Assembly: GCA_951406725.2 (NCBI GenBank)
Contig: OX597819.1
Coordinates: 106,702,001-106,766,000, forward strand
DNA length: 64,000 bases
From: Octopus vulgaris
Taxonomy: Eukaryota
Direction of reading: 5' to 3'
The notes beneath the pieces are model-generated. The model ran no database searches. It saw only the letters and a list, made by a program, of their open reading frames with translations, and was not told where the DNA came from. Every line of letters begins with the position of its first letter. The stretch's first letter is position 1. Below, piece after piece: positions 42,832 to 56,815 of this stretch. Position numbers and translations under genes: made by a program.

Positions 42832-43091
42832 CGTGTGTGTGTGTGTGTGTATGTGTGTGTGTGTGTGTGTGTGTGTATGTTTGTGTGTCTCTGCTTGTCC
42901 CCCAACATCGCTTAGCAACCGATGCTGGTGTGTTTACGTCGCCGTAACATAGCGGTTCGACAAAATAGACCGATAGTATAAGCACTAGGCTTCCAAAGAA
43001 TAAGTCCTGTGGTCGATTTGCTCGACTAAAGGCGGTGCTCCAGTATGGCCACATTCAAATAACTGAAACAGGTAAAAGACTAAAAGAGTAA
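42618..43091 (+). mobile_element. tRNA-derived SINE with CORE-like segment and internal (TA)/(TG) microsatellite
   Basis: Pol III-like head (TGGCTGTGGGG; GGTTCAGTCCC), ACCTTGGGCAAGT CORE-like motif, AAAAGA-type tail; multiple copies in the window. Confidence 0.9.
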
Positions 43092-43113
43092 CGAGTATCT
43101 ATCTATTCATATA

Positions 43114-43199
<86 letters not shown>

Positions 43200-43251
43200 C
43201 ATCTTTTACACTCACGCACATACACAAATATATATATATATACACACACAA

Positions 43252-43294
<43 letters not shown>

Positions 43295-44197
43295 AATAAA
43301 TAGATACACGACGAGCTTCGGGCTTCTTTCAGTTTCCGTCTACCAAATCTACTCACGAGGCTTTGTGCATCTATATGTGTCTTAGTCTGTGTATCTGTAT
43401 ATACACAATTTAAGTGTACGAAATAAGGCTTAAAAACAAGAATTGAAAAATATGAATTATTGTCGTTTGCACTTGCGAATTATATTTTGAATTCAGCATA
43501 CAAAGCCGCGAGGAGATCGTGATTTTCAATTTAGTATTTAAATTAGTCTCACTCACTCAGATTTATATGTGTGTGTGTATTTGTGTATGCGCTTATATAT
43601 ACACTCTCATAATATACAGGTATATGTATTATACATGCATGTATGCAATTAAACGTTTTACAGACGTATTCTGCCGCACAGGCCTTACAGATTACATTGA
43701 AGCTTTGGTTTTTGTGTCATTATATTTCGCGACCAGGGAGAGAACTGTTTAATTAAATTCCAGCCTTACATTTACTCTTATCAAATTAGTAAACTCTCTT
43801 TTCACTTAAACAATTAAATTTGAGATTATTTGTTCGCTCGCTTTGCAATCTACAAGGACGGATACTAAAGTGTTTCAGATATGGACACACTGCTGTGCTA
43901 TTGGTTGCTTATTATACTACACTCAACCTTCTAACTCCATCTATATGTATGTGTGTGTGTGTGGCTCTCTCGTTATATATTACATGCATATGTATATATA
44001 TATACGCGCACACACATGTATAAATATCCATGTATATATATTATACATGTGTGTGTGTGTGTTGTGGGGTATAATCAATCATACAAACCTACTCTCTCTA
44101 TGTACGCGTGTGTTTGTGTTAGTGTTACCGTGTGTCTGTTTAAGGTATACACAATATATATTATATTGAGATGGCTGCTGCATAAGGGACGCTTTGA

Positions 44198-44228
44198 AGT
44201 AGTAGTAGTAGTAGTAGTAGTAGTAATT

Positions 44229-44273
<45 letters not shown>

Positions 44274-44274
44274 A

Positions 44275-44316
<42 letters not shown>
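44198..44316. repeat. (AGT)n microsatellite
   Basis: Trinucleotide run; gives the poly-V/T/Y ORFs. Confidence 0.97.
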
Positions 44317-46334
44317 AAGACAAAATGATAGCTCAGTGCAAATACATGCATAGTATAATATTTATTGCAAATAGTAAATTTAATCAATCTTCGTGATTTA
44401 AAATGTTTCTTACAATTTGCCGCATAAATTTACATTTAAGACTTTATTTTGCATTTATTGAAAAGATAGATTTATGTAAAACTAGTGTATCAAACCATTA
44501 CCCTTTTGATATTTCTATAGCGTCTTTCTATTCTGAAACCAACATTTAATTCCTACTTGCAGATAGATTAGCTACTTCGTATATGATTTACTCATGACCG
44601 TGGGAATTAAAATTGCTATTCATTGTTTATCTAACCATTGCTTCTCTTTTTTATCCTCAGCTGACTTGAATAAAAGAGACAACTTTTACATAAAACTAGA
44701 TAGCTTTATTGATTTTTCCATTTAGAATTCCTATCAAAATACTCGAGCCATTTCCTTTAAGAAGGGCACAGAAGGTCAAAGAATCCTCACAAACAATTAT
44801 AGGAAGTGTTTGTGGTCTAGGTCAGAAACGTTTCCACCTCCTCCCTCTGAAATTTCATTTCTTACTTGAAATAACAATTACATTGATTCGATTTCTCACT
44901 TAGCCATTAAAATTTACATCGGTATTTTTATATTATATTCTAATATCTGTCGTCTTTTATAAATTTAGAGGGTTCTTATTTTATGCTCGGTATGTCATTG
45001 ATTAAAGTATTCAAATCTCCTCATCAAGAAGAAGTATTGTGAAGACGCGCTAACGTTACTGCAAGCTGGCCGCCTTATGATATAGACTAACCTAATAATT
45101 GCAGTTTATTCTATATAAGACATTGACCAATACAAGAATGGTTAGAAATGATAAGAAGTGATAACAAGTGATAAACAATCATAGAGAGGGAAAAAATTAA
45201 ATTATAATTGAAATAGCAAGGATATAATTTAAATTTACATCTGATATTTAATAACTAAATAATATAAAGAATATAATAAGTACACAAAATAAAGCTGATT
45301 TGCAGCATAAAGCTCTTAGTAACATAGAATAGCTTACGCAATGTTATGAACCAGGTGACCTGGTTTTATTATGAATAAACATTCTATGTACTCGTTCTCT
45401 GATTGTGAAGTGCATGAATGATTCAATACAGGTCATTAGTTTCTAGAACCCAACAGCAAGAATGCGAAATAAAATGCAGATGTAAAGGAGGCATAAATTA
45501 TGGAAATTATTAAATTTCGCGAATATACTCTAAGAGTATATTGATTCCGTATAGAAGAAAATGCTTAACCTATTTTACAGGTAAAAAAGATTATCAATTC
45601 TGTCTCATCTAGTTAGAGAATAATTACTTATTTCGATGCCTAGAATTAATAAGTAAATTATTTCACTAACTACAAAGCTGCTAATTGACAAACATTAGAA
45701 TGGCAAGTGTCTCACCCTTGACTTATTCTATGGTAAGCTTACACAATTAACAACAGACCAATGAAATTTTACTTTAGGCTAAAAATATATTCAGCTACGG
45801 AGGTTGAAAATCTGAGCTGATTGATTGCAAAGCGGTTATTGTGCGGGTGAACCAATTAAATATCTAAAATGCTTGTCTTATAACAGTGCGTTTTATATGA
45901 GAGTATTTTGTAAGCAACTCTTGTTTAGAGTATAGTCACTATGAGTTCTAAAGTAAAAATTACGATTGCAAAGTACAATCTACTAATTACTGTATTGCTA
46001 TGTTTATGAGAATGCCTATTGTAGCTCTACAAATTATCACGATTATGCATTTCGTGTAGTGAACTAGTAGGAATAGATGTCGGCTATGGGCTTAAATTTC
46101 CCTGCTAGACTAAAGAAAAATTTTTTTAATTACATAGTATGAAACTCACTGACAGTATTACCCTTAACTTTTAATTTTTTAGTTCTAAAATTCTATTTTT
46201 CTATATATTCTTATATGCATAGATACGTTTATTTTATCTTTTTATATATATTTATTGTATATATTCATGTTTAAATCTTATTTTATTTATATTTTTAAAT
46301 GACATATCTTTTAATATTTTATGTATATATGAAT

Positions 46335-46605
46335 AAGCTGCTCCGTGTCGGACACCAGAATGATATCTAATCACTCTAAGGAGCATTTGGGTGTCGGTTT
46401 GGTGTCTTGAACAAGATAGCCTAACTCATGAGCAGGTAGAAACTCTTTAACCTTGGTTGGTAATCTACCTAGGAGAATGAAATCTCCAAAATAAAACCTA
46501 AGTCCCTGGAAGTGCCCGGTTTTGTCAATTCTCATGTCATACAGGCGAAAGTCTTCTTGGGCCAATAGGTGGTGGGGTGCAGTACATGCCACACCCACTG
46601 AAAAT
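46335..46605 (+). mobile_element. Possible RTE-type LINE 5' UTR relic
   Basis: AACCTTGGTTGG.AA...CTAGGAGAA.GAAA.CTC..AAATAAAAC resembles RTE 5' UTR segments as I recall them; no coding support. Confidence 0.35.
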
Positions 46606-47614
46606 TATTCATCTGCACAGGTACTTCTTGAACACTAAATCTTATTCAAATCATAAATATATAAATGAATAACGCTGAATATACAACTAAGGACACAACT
46701 AATTTCGTCTTTCGAAACTCACACATTTTCATCCAACCGAGGATATTATAGAAAGTAATTGTTCAACAACCCACACCCAGTAGATCGAACTCAAAAGTGC
46801 TTAGTACTAGCGCAAGCCTCCAAAACAGACAGCTACTCTTACCTTAACATCGATTCAAAACTGTTTTATTATTTGTATGAAGCAGCCATTCAGAAGACCT
46901 TATACCTTTGAAGTGACTTTTATATTATCAACGATAAATATTTTTCTGGTTTATTTCAATCATATTTCTGAGTCGTTTCCTGTGATTATTTCATTTAGTT
47001 ATTTGATTGAAGATTTTGTTTAATATTTAAATACTTAATATCTTTTGAATCATTTCCTGGTAGATATCACTAAATTCTCTTTTAGATCTCGTCTTTTTTA
47101 TACACTAGAAAATTTTATATCTTCAGCAAGCTTTAATATTTTTGTTTTATTTTTCCACGGAAGTAACCCATGAATGGAACAGCTAACTACTACTCAAATA
47201 TTATTTGCAAAAAACTATGAAAATATCTATTATTTTATATAAATTAATTAGGAATATAATTATTTCAAAGGAATTCACGTATACAAATTATACCGACAAG
47301 ATTAAAAGTATATATTTCAATTAACAGATAATTATTTATGGATTTTAGGAAAGCAAAAATGAATATCGGATTTATGATTCTTTGGCAAGTGAGTTGGTCT
47401 GGGATTGTGTACGGAAACTAAATCAATTACACCATGAAAGGGTCAGCAAACTGCTAATTATACACATATACTGATAAAGTGCATTATTAACGTTAATTAA
47501 AATATGTGATGGCAGAATACAAAACCTCTCTTCCCATCACTGGCTCTCTTGGTATGTATATATCTGTGTGTATATATATGTTTATATATACATACACATA
47601 TATATATATGTATG

Positions 47615-47652
<38 letters not shown>

Positions 47653-47742
47653 GATATATAAATATAAATGATATAATGTGCATGCGTATATATGCGTATG
47701 ATTGTGTGTGTGATCACACACGTGTATGTGTTTGTGTGTGTT

Positions 47743-47857
<115 letters not shown>

Positions 47858-47944
47858 GAAAACCGAGCTAAGAGGCCAGTAACATCAATTTGATCACCTG
47901 CTACGGAGAACAAGTTGAAATGCCATGCAAATTAAATTCTCAAT

Positions 47945-48118
47945 TCCCGAATGCCCTTCGTTTTAGCACAAAAGATGGTAATGAACATGCAACTCGCTTT
48001 TGCTAGATTAGTGATAGGATTCCTAGAAAAAGAAAATCTATTTCCGATCATGTTTATTCCAAAACTGAAAAATAAAAAAAATGTGGATGATTGTTTCATA
48101 TTTTGGAGCAGAAATATT
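47945..48118 (+). pseudogene. PLE reverse transcriptase fragment
   Basis: NMQLAFARLVIGFLEK...NVDDCFIFWS, the same motif family as 3315-3412. Confidence 0.7.
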
Positions 48119-48320
48119 TTATTCATTCACTTCTGTAATGAACAGGCATTTTTTTAAAAGATGATTTAATATAACAAAAAATATTTATCTTGTGTCTGGG
48201 GAGAGTCATTACTCTCACTAGATACAACAAAATGTGTTTCAGCACACGAATGCACATAAAGGATCTTGCAAACCAGATACGAAAAAAGTAAAACAAATAT
48301 TTAATTCAAATAATTTATGG

Positions 48321-48368
<48 letters not shown>

Positions 48369-49275
48369 GCGTGTGCGTGTGTGTGTTTGTGTGTGTGTGT
48401 ATTTGTGTGTATGTGTGTGTGTGTGCCAGCGCGTGTGAGTGCCTGTGTACATACATCTTCGAGACTCTTTAACTGCTGTTATGCAGGGCTAGTGAGTTGA
48501 AAAATTCGTCGCACGCAGCTACTTGATTTCGCAACCCTTAGTTTTCATTACTCGATAATTCATAAACATTCGATATCCTACCGATTTAGCTATGGAATTT
48601 TAATGTCATCCTCGAAAACTATGAGCGTTTAACATTGAATCTTGAGAACTTCGAATTAAAAGCAACGACTTATTTTAGTGGGCGGAACAGAGACAATTTA
48701 ATGGACAACAGTACTTCACGTGTCTTTATTTGATCGATTCCAGGAAGTTGAAAGCAAAGTCATCTTTGAGATATTTGATTAACGAATGTAAAAGATGTTA
48801 AATACCACAAGGCTTTGTGCTCACTGCTCCACCGAATCTTTCAATCCACAGCTCTTACTTGCGAAGTTAAATTGAGATATCTTCGGGAATCCCATTTCGT
48901 TATCAAACCATCACATTAAGGAATCATTTCATATGCGCCTTATCAAAATTTAATTCTATTAAACAGCTTGTTCCTCTATTTTCCATTCCGATAAATCCAG
49001 TGCCTCTTTTTATAAACTGTCTCCTGCTGTCTCTTGGAGATCTTGCTGGTAATTTTCATATTTCTCTCGATGGTGATGTTGTGGTTTTTGTGATGGTTGT
49101 AAAGATGGTATCGCTGGTTCCAGGGAGATAATACTAAATGTATTTTTTTAATCGGAAACTAGGACTACAATGCACCTCCCACGATGAAAATATTTGTCAA
49201 GTAAGTTCTAATAGTTTGCGTCATTCAAAATTCTATACGCTTGTTGGTTGACGTCAAACAGCATGATTGTTGTTG

Positions 49276-49342
<67 letters not shown>

Positions 49343-49529
49343 GCCTTTTGGTAATTGATATTTCAATCATGTCAACCTAGAATTAACGACACGATAAATT
49401 AAATTATCAATACTTGACTCCTTTCCCAGAGTGCACACAAGAGATATTGATATCGATGTTTGTGCTTTATTTTTTTATTATTTTTGTTCCTGTTATTGGG
49501 GGTGCTTCTGTTTCTGGCCGATAATGAAA

Positions 49530-49569
49530 ATAGTGGTAATGATGGTGAGAATGATGGTGATGATGAAGC

Positions 49570-49604
<35 letters not shown>

Positions 49605-49611
49605 GTGGTGT

Positions 49612-49662
<51 letters not shown>

Positions 49663-50190
49663 CGATGACGACGACGACGATGGCAATAGATGTAGCAGTA
49701 GGTGGTAGAGGTGGTTTTGATAGTGGTAGTAGGAATGATGGGGGTAATGATAGAAATGGTGATCGTGACGTCTGTGGTAGGAATGGCAATGTGATAATAG
49801 TAGTGGTAATGTCTGTAAAAGAGATGGTAATGGTGATGTGGCACTGCACTGGTGGTGGTGGTGGTGGTGCTGGTAGTGTACCGTGACTGCCGTAGTGGTG
49901 GTTTCTATGTCAGAGATGATGATGTTGCGTTGATTGTGATAGAAACGGAGACTGACAGCTATGTTGGTGGTGGTGCTGCTGCTGCTGGTGACGGTTGAGA
50001 TGTCATTGGTAACGGTATCGATATCAATGACGCTAATAACTTCCTCGATGACAGCGTTACTAGAGCTGGCGATGCTGAAGGTGATGCTAATAGCAGTGGT
50101 GTTGATAACAATATCCACACCGGTGGAGAGATGTTAGTATTGGTGGTAAAGGTGAAGTTGTTGGATCACCTTTGGTGTTGGTGGGGCTTT
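49530..50190. repeat. (GAT)/(GGT)-rich low-complexity tract
   Basis: Pure GAT runs decaying into GGT/GAT-rich sequence. Confidence 0.9.
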
Positions 50191-50415
50191 ATGTTTGACA
50201 CAAAATCGCTTTCAATTAGCTTGTAATTTACTGAATCGGATCTTTCTAGAATTATCCTCTACAAATAATGTCTATATTTTCCCCTTATACACCTACCTAG
50301 CCATCCACATACATATCTATCTACTTAGCTAGCTATCTACCTACATACTTACTTACCTACCAACCTACCTACCTATCTACCATCTATCTATCTATCTGTC
50401 GATCGATCGATCTAT

Positions 50416-50497
<82 letters not shown>

Positions 50498-51609
50498 ATC
50501 TATCTTTCTTTCTATCTATCTATCTATGTATTTATTTATTTATCTATCTATCTATTCAGCTTCCTTCGATCAATGTCCCGTGTTTCCTCCCTTGGTTTCC
50601 CTGATTTCTCTCTCCTCTCCTCTTGTCTTTATTTCCACCCTTTTCTCGTCTCCCCTTTTCTTCTCACTAGCCATTTCACATTTTCTCTCCTTTCTCTTTC
50701 TCTCAACCTCTATATTTTTCTCTGCTTTTTCCCATCTCTCGCCCTCTCTAGTTCTCTTCTCTTCTCTTTTCTATTTTCTACCTTCTTCCTCTATCTCCTT
50801 CCCTTTTCTCCCTGCTTTTCCCTTTCCCTTCTCAATATCCTCCGTCTTTACCCCGTTCCCTCGCTCTCACCCACCCTCCCTATATTATCCCCCCTTCCTT
50901 TACCTCACATTCTCAACCTAATTTTCCCTTTACCCCTTCTCTTTAATCTATTTCACCCTCTTTTGCCACTTCTCTCACCAGTTCAACTGCTTCTTTCTCA
51001 CCCATTCAAACCCTCTCTATTTTCACTTTCTCTCTTTCTTTCTTCCTTTCTTTCTTTCTTCCTTTCTTTCTTTCTTTCTTCCTTTCTTTCTTTCTTCCTT
51101 TCTTTCTTTCTTTCATTCTTTCCCACTCTCACTTTTTCATCCTCATTTCTCGTCTCTCACCCTCTACACTTTCTCCTTTTCTCTCACTCCCATTTGGATT
51201 GTTGCTCTTTCCTATTCTTATTTCTCACCATTTCTCTGTTCTATTTTTAGCATTAAAACGAATTCATTAGACTACTACTTATTTATGTAGGTTTCCATCG
51301 AGGTTTTGCACTTTCCTCAGTTTATGATAACGTTATTTGATTTCAAAATAAAATCAACTTAATTAATCCCTGCGGCTACGAAAACGCAAAAGAATTTTAA
51401 AAGAATACAGATTTTCAATTAAATTATTCCTTTCACTACATTTTTTTAATTCCAAGTGTTCCTCTTCAGATACGATATTTTTATATTTTGTTTTATGTTG
51501 TTTATTTATTCGGTTGTTGTTATACTGTATGATTATGTTTTTATATTATTTTCTTTTGTCAGTGAAATTGCTGATTTTCGTGTGTATGAGGCTGTGTTAA
51601 ATTCTTGTT

Positions 51610-52940
51610 GTTGTAGTTGTCTTGCCCTAACATTGATCAAGCAGGCCTGTGATGAAAGACAGAAGTGTCGTAAGCATCCTGTCTTTTATTCAGATGCGGT
51701 ACCAGGTCAACCTACACAGAAGAGATCTATAACCAGTGGAATTTCAATAATCATAAAACCTTTGTTGAAAGAGTTATCAGACGCTACATTATCTAATGCC
51801 CGAATCTCAATTTTTTAAGGAATTTTATTTGAAAGAAATCACGCTGTTATTTTTAGATTGTAAGACCGTTTAGAGGTTCCTCATTTATTCGCTATTGTTT
51901 GTAGTGTATTAGTTGTTCAATTTCATGCTGATCTTGTGTGTAAACATGCGTTAGTCTTGATCGAGCAAACCTATGGCCAAATCCATCTTTACGAATTCAA
52001 TGGCTACTTTGTAAAAAATACCCTATAGAGTAGTGTGTGATTTGAATGTGTAGTGTGTAATTTGTAATCTATTTAGCAACTATCTCTAGCGGTTGATGTA
52101 ACCATGAGAAGGCCCTCTTGTTAAGCTCGTTGTTGAAAGTAGGATTGTGATAAGAATGAATTATGAAGTTAAGTTCCAGCGTAACTCTGCTTAAGCAGTG
52201 ATTCCAAAAGTGACCATACAGTCATATTTCTTGAGACAAAGTCTTTGACAAAAAATTTGAATGGGTACTTCCTAAAACAAGACGATTATATACGGTTAGG
52301 TTGTTACATATATCGGGTTGACTTATTCCATCTCTTCTCCCATATTAAAAATTATTACTCCTTATTTTTATTGTTTAGGCCCAATAGACGAAACTTATGA
52401 TAAAATAGCTTTCCATCCACATCCCACCTCATTTCTTTAGATATTTTAAAATCTGGGCCACATTATCCAATGTCTGGTGGGATTTAAGAGAGATTGAGCT
52501 GCTATTTCTAGTAGGTTGGACTAGCACTTAAAGGTCCTTTAATTGCTCGATTTTTGTTTTTGTATAGTCACAGATCATCTCTGACTGAGAAGACTTATGG
52601 CTAAAGGGGTTTCAAGTGATATCACCCCACTCTTGTTTTAGAGGTATCCGATAATACCCAATGCAATATGTCTCCCATTTTAAGATTGCATGTGTGATTT
52701 GAGGGAGACGACATTGCTGTTTCTTGCAGGTCTAGCTAGGGGCTCTTTCGATAATTCATTGCTATCGTTTCCACCTTTGTCAGATTTGATAAACAATCAA
52801 GCCGTGACCATCACGTTTTAGAGGCATGTGACTATATTTTCTATGTATTGTCCTATATAAAACCGATAGTGTGATTTTAGAGAGAGTTGGTTGCTATTTC
52901 TAGTAAGGCGAGGTACAACGTAGAGGCGTCACCTATTTAT
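51610..52940. repeat. Cluster of ~5 highly diverged same-orientation copies of an old ~200-bp repeat
   Basis: Motif TGA.RGAGA...GCTGCTATTTCTAG..GG...AGAGG recurs at ~51830, 52075, 52488, 52700 and 52880, and also at ~41043 and 23944. Confidence 0.55.
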
Positions 52941-53142
52941 ATGCAATCGTAGTAAAATACTTGGGAGAATATTTTACAGATGAAACCAAATAGGAAGGAG
53001 AAATTTCATAGTTTCGGCAAATATTATTCGAAAACACTTGAAATGTAGTGACAAGATTTTAAAAAATATATCTATTGATTTTGCTTTGCATGGGAAAGGA
53101 ATGAAAATTAATCCTCTTCAATCAAGCTCTTTCGTGACTTAA

Positions 53143-53598
<456 letters not shown>

Positions 53599-54420
53599 CA
53601 AGAAGAAGAAGAAGAAGAAGAAGAAGAAGAAGAAGAAGAAGAAGAAGAAGAAGAAGAAAATGATAAGATAAGGTCGCGGGAGTTCTGTTTGACGCAGGTG
53701 CATCAATGAAGTGACATTTTAGAATGACAGTTTAGAATTTGTGTGTGGATTGCATAAAAGATGACTGATGTGAGATCATGAGATAAAACGTGTATTTTGT
53801 GTACAAAATACATAAATACGTACAGACGCAGTCTTCTTGATATTTTGAACGCTGCGCAATCAAACCTAAAGACCTAGGATCAAGTTCACCAAATTCTCAC
53901 GTAACTTTTCTCCAACATACAGTACATGCATATAGCTTGTCCATTTACCTTTACCCGTCACACATCTTTTGACGAATTCATAGGAAAGGATCATGTACCC
54001 GTCGGCCTTAACTTTTCTTTCTGGGAAAAGTATATGAGGATTTGACCAAAAAGTGAAGAAGTCGAGACCTCCACAATATTCTTCCCCCATACACACTAGT
54101 CAGAGGAACAAGTACTGCTCCATCTAGTGGACAGGTTGGTGATCGCCATGATGAACCTAGCCGATAGTCAGAGACTATTCACACAAGACAATACTTGTTC
54201 TATATAACTCCATAAATCAAAAAATGATCGAACCGTTCATCTCAAGTTACTTTTTTTCATATTGTCTTTTTTCTTGTTTTACCTTACCCTTTATATATTC
54301 AAACACCACTGCATATCTCACTAATTTTTTTTCTGTACCACTGTTGTACGATAATTATTCTTTCTCCAAAAATAATGATACATTAAAGAGCGGTCTTTTA
54401 TGAGTACCACCTGATTAGTT

Positions 54421-54473
<53 letters not shown>

Positions 54474-54481
54474 CATATATA

Positions 54482-54527
<46 letters not shown>

Positions 54528-55110
54528 ATTCAGAGAAGAATACGTTCAAACACAAAAGAGATACCCTAAAAATAGGACATCTGACTCGCTAGCACTAAAT
54601 ATATAAATTGCCGATTTTCATCCAGAATTAGCCAAAAAATATTTTGTCATTAATTAAAATCTTAGGGTAGCAAGAATATTCATAAAAAAATTCTTAGTTA
54701 CCAGTGGTCTAGCGAGAAAGAAAAAATTAGTCAATAGATTATATTTTATTCAGAGAAGAATACAGTGTACGTTCGAACACAAAAGAGATACCCGAAGAAT
54801 AGGATATCTGACTCGCTAGAAAGAGCAGTTAAAACTGCAAGCCACCAATCGTTGTAATTCCGAAAGTGATTGAAAAATAAAAACTTTTACCTTAATCCTA
54901 GACCCTGCAAGTCTTGGCAACCTACTGAGGACGCAGCGCCAGATATAGACTGAAATTATTTTATTTCAATCTCTAAATAAGTCTGCAGAAACCTTTCTAG
55001 CGTGTCAGATATCCATCCTATTCTTCGGATATCTCTTTTTTGTTTGAACGTGCACTGTATTCTTCTCTGAATAATATATAGTCTACTAACTAATTTTTCT
55101 TTCTCGCCAC
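54528..55110. mobile_element. Direct plus inverted repeat element between (TA)n tracts, PLE pseudo-LTR-like
   Basis: ATTCAGAGAAGAATAC...ATCTGACTCGCTAG at 54528 and 54748, inverted at ~54993-55107; HHR-like CTGAGGA-c-GCAG...CTGC-a-GAAA at 54925-54991. Confidence 0.7.
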
Positions 55111-55199
55111 AGAAACCACGAAACAGTTCTCAAAATATTATAGGCTTTGGTCTTTCTGAAATATATATATATATATAGAGATACTTTTATTCTTTTATT

Positions 55200-55335
55200 C
55201 TTTTACTTATTTCATTCAGTCATTTGACTGAATAAGGAACAACAAGTAGGCAGGTGTACTACTTTCACGCTCGGAAACAATGGGCACGTCTTTGAATGTT
55301 TGAGCCACTGCTCTTCGACAGAAAAGATTAGAAGT
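55200..55335 (-). mobile_element. Decayed relative of the 20.2-kb HHR element
   Basis: Minus strand CTTTT-CTGTCGA-a-GAGC(agtg)GCTC-AAACATTC-AAAGA at 55289-55326. Confidence 0.55.
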
Positions 55336-55424
55336 AAAAAAACGGTGAGAGAATGATAAGATGTTGAGGGGTAAACATAGAGAGGTTAATGTTTCAACAT
55401 ATATGTGTGCATGTGTGTGTATGC

Positions 55425-55455
<31 letters not shown>

Positions 55456-55966
55456 TATACGTATGTATGTTTAAGTGTGTGTGCAAGTGTGTGTGAGTGT
55501 GCTTGTGTGATATCCAATGGTTCCATAATGCTAACCTTTGATCATAGGCGAAATATGCTATTGAATACTGTTAAGTAGTGTAGAATAACACTATTTATAT
55601 AAAATAGAATTTCGACAATTTTCTCGTTTGTAATCCTCAGGTGATTCTGAAGAAGGTATTGCTATGTAAGTATTAGGTGCCTGTGGTCATGTTTGAGTGT
55701 GTGTTTCTAGGCGCGTGCTGCTGACTAATTGTATGTGTGTATTTTGTGTGCGTATCTGCGAAAGGTACAACAAATCGGTGAGATGTTGTATATAATGCGG
55801 TTTGTCCTAAGAAAACGCTGCGCATTGTTGGGACAATATATATATATATTTATGTAGTGTGTATGTGTGTGTAGGTGTGCACTTATTTGATAAGTCTGAT
55901 CGGTTCGAACGCATTAAACTCTCGGCCTGTGCGTTCGTCTCCTCCTTCTGCTAAATATTAATATTA

Positions 55967-56028
<62 letters not shown>

Positions 56029-56054
56029 CGTCCACTCGTGACCGAGGAAGACCA

Positions 56055-56273
56055 TTGCCGACCTTCAGGAACATTGTGCGTTCTAGGACTAACTTATATT
56101 TTGCATTTGGGATGGAGGCTTGGGTCAATGTTGGTGGTGCCATGGCAGGACCCATTCCTGTAGAGAATGGTGTTAAGCAGGGTGACATCCTTGCTCCAAC
56201 TCTCTTTTCTTTGTACTTTGCTGCTACCTTTACTCATGCTTTTGCTAAGGTTAGCTCTCTGGGAATATATGTC

Positions 56274-56278
<5 letters not shown>
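56055..56278 (+). pseudogene. RTE-clade LINE RT fragment
   Basis: GMEAWVNVGGAMAGPIPVENGVKQGDILAPTLFSLYF...GIYVRY; flanked by (TA)n. Confidence 0.9.
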
Positions 56279-56370
<92 letters not shown>

Positions 56371-56624
56371 TGTATGCGTGTATGTATGTGCGTTGTGTGT
56401 GTTTATACAGAGTGCGTTAGTTTTTTTCTTTTTTAGAACGTTGATATGAATTTAGAAAAGGACACATAGCTGATCAAAATAAAGCTGTATTTGAAACCCA
56501 ACTCGTACAGATAATGTTAGCAATCATTTTAACACACCTATTCAATATATTCACCGTCATCGTTAATGGTCAGAAACGTTGAGATGATCATATACATATA
56601 AATATGGTCATTCAATATAACACC

Positions 56625-56815
56625 GCGTGTATATCGTTGGCGATTTTCTTTCACCTTCTTCACTTCCTTGGACATTTCCTTTTTCTATGTTTCTGACAAA
56701 GAGCTCCGCTCGAAACGTTAAATCCTCCTTCTTTATTTTCTTTCCTGAGCGTCCAATAACACTATACTTGTTCCACGTCCTCGCGTTGTTCTGTTTTCAT
56801 GTTTGGATTAACTAT
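56625..56815 (+). mobile_element. Short HHR-bearing repeat, family A
   Basis: 56689-56723: GTTT-CTGACAA-a-GAGC(tcc)GCTC-GAAA-CG-TT-AAAT; ends TTTGGATTAACTATATA. Confidence 0.85.

Noticed and set aside
44400-46200. Possible ancient Ty3/Gypsy relic (YEPGDLVLL at 45345-45371)
   Set aside because: Only one short motif; no LTRs or other pol motifs that I could verify.
49399-50118. 239-aa His/Ser-rich ORF and overlapping poly-D/poly-H ORFs
   Set aside because: Translations of a GAT/GGT low-complexity tract open in several frames; no domain or splice evidence.
50526-51250. Hydrophobic F/L/S-rich ORFs resembling membrane proteins
   Set aside because: Polypyrimidine low-complexity DNA lacking stop codons by composition.
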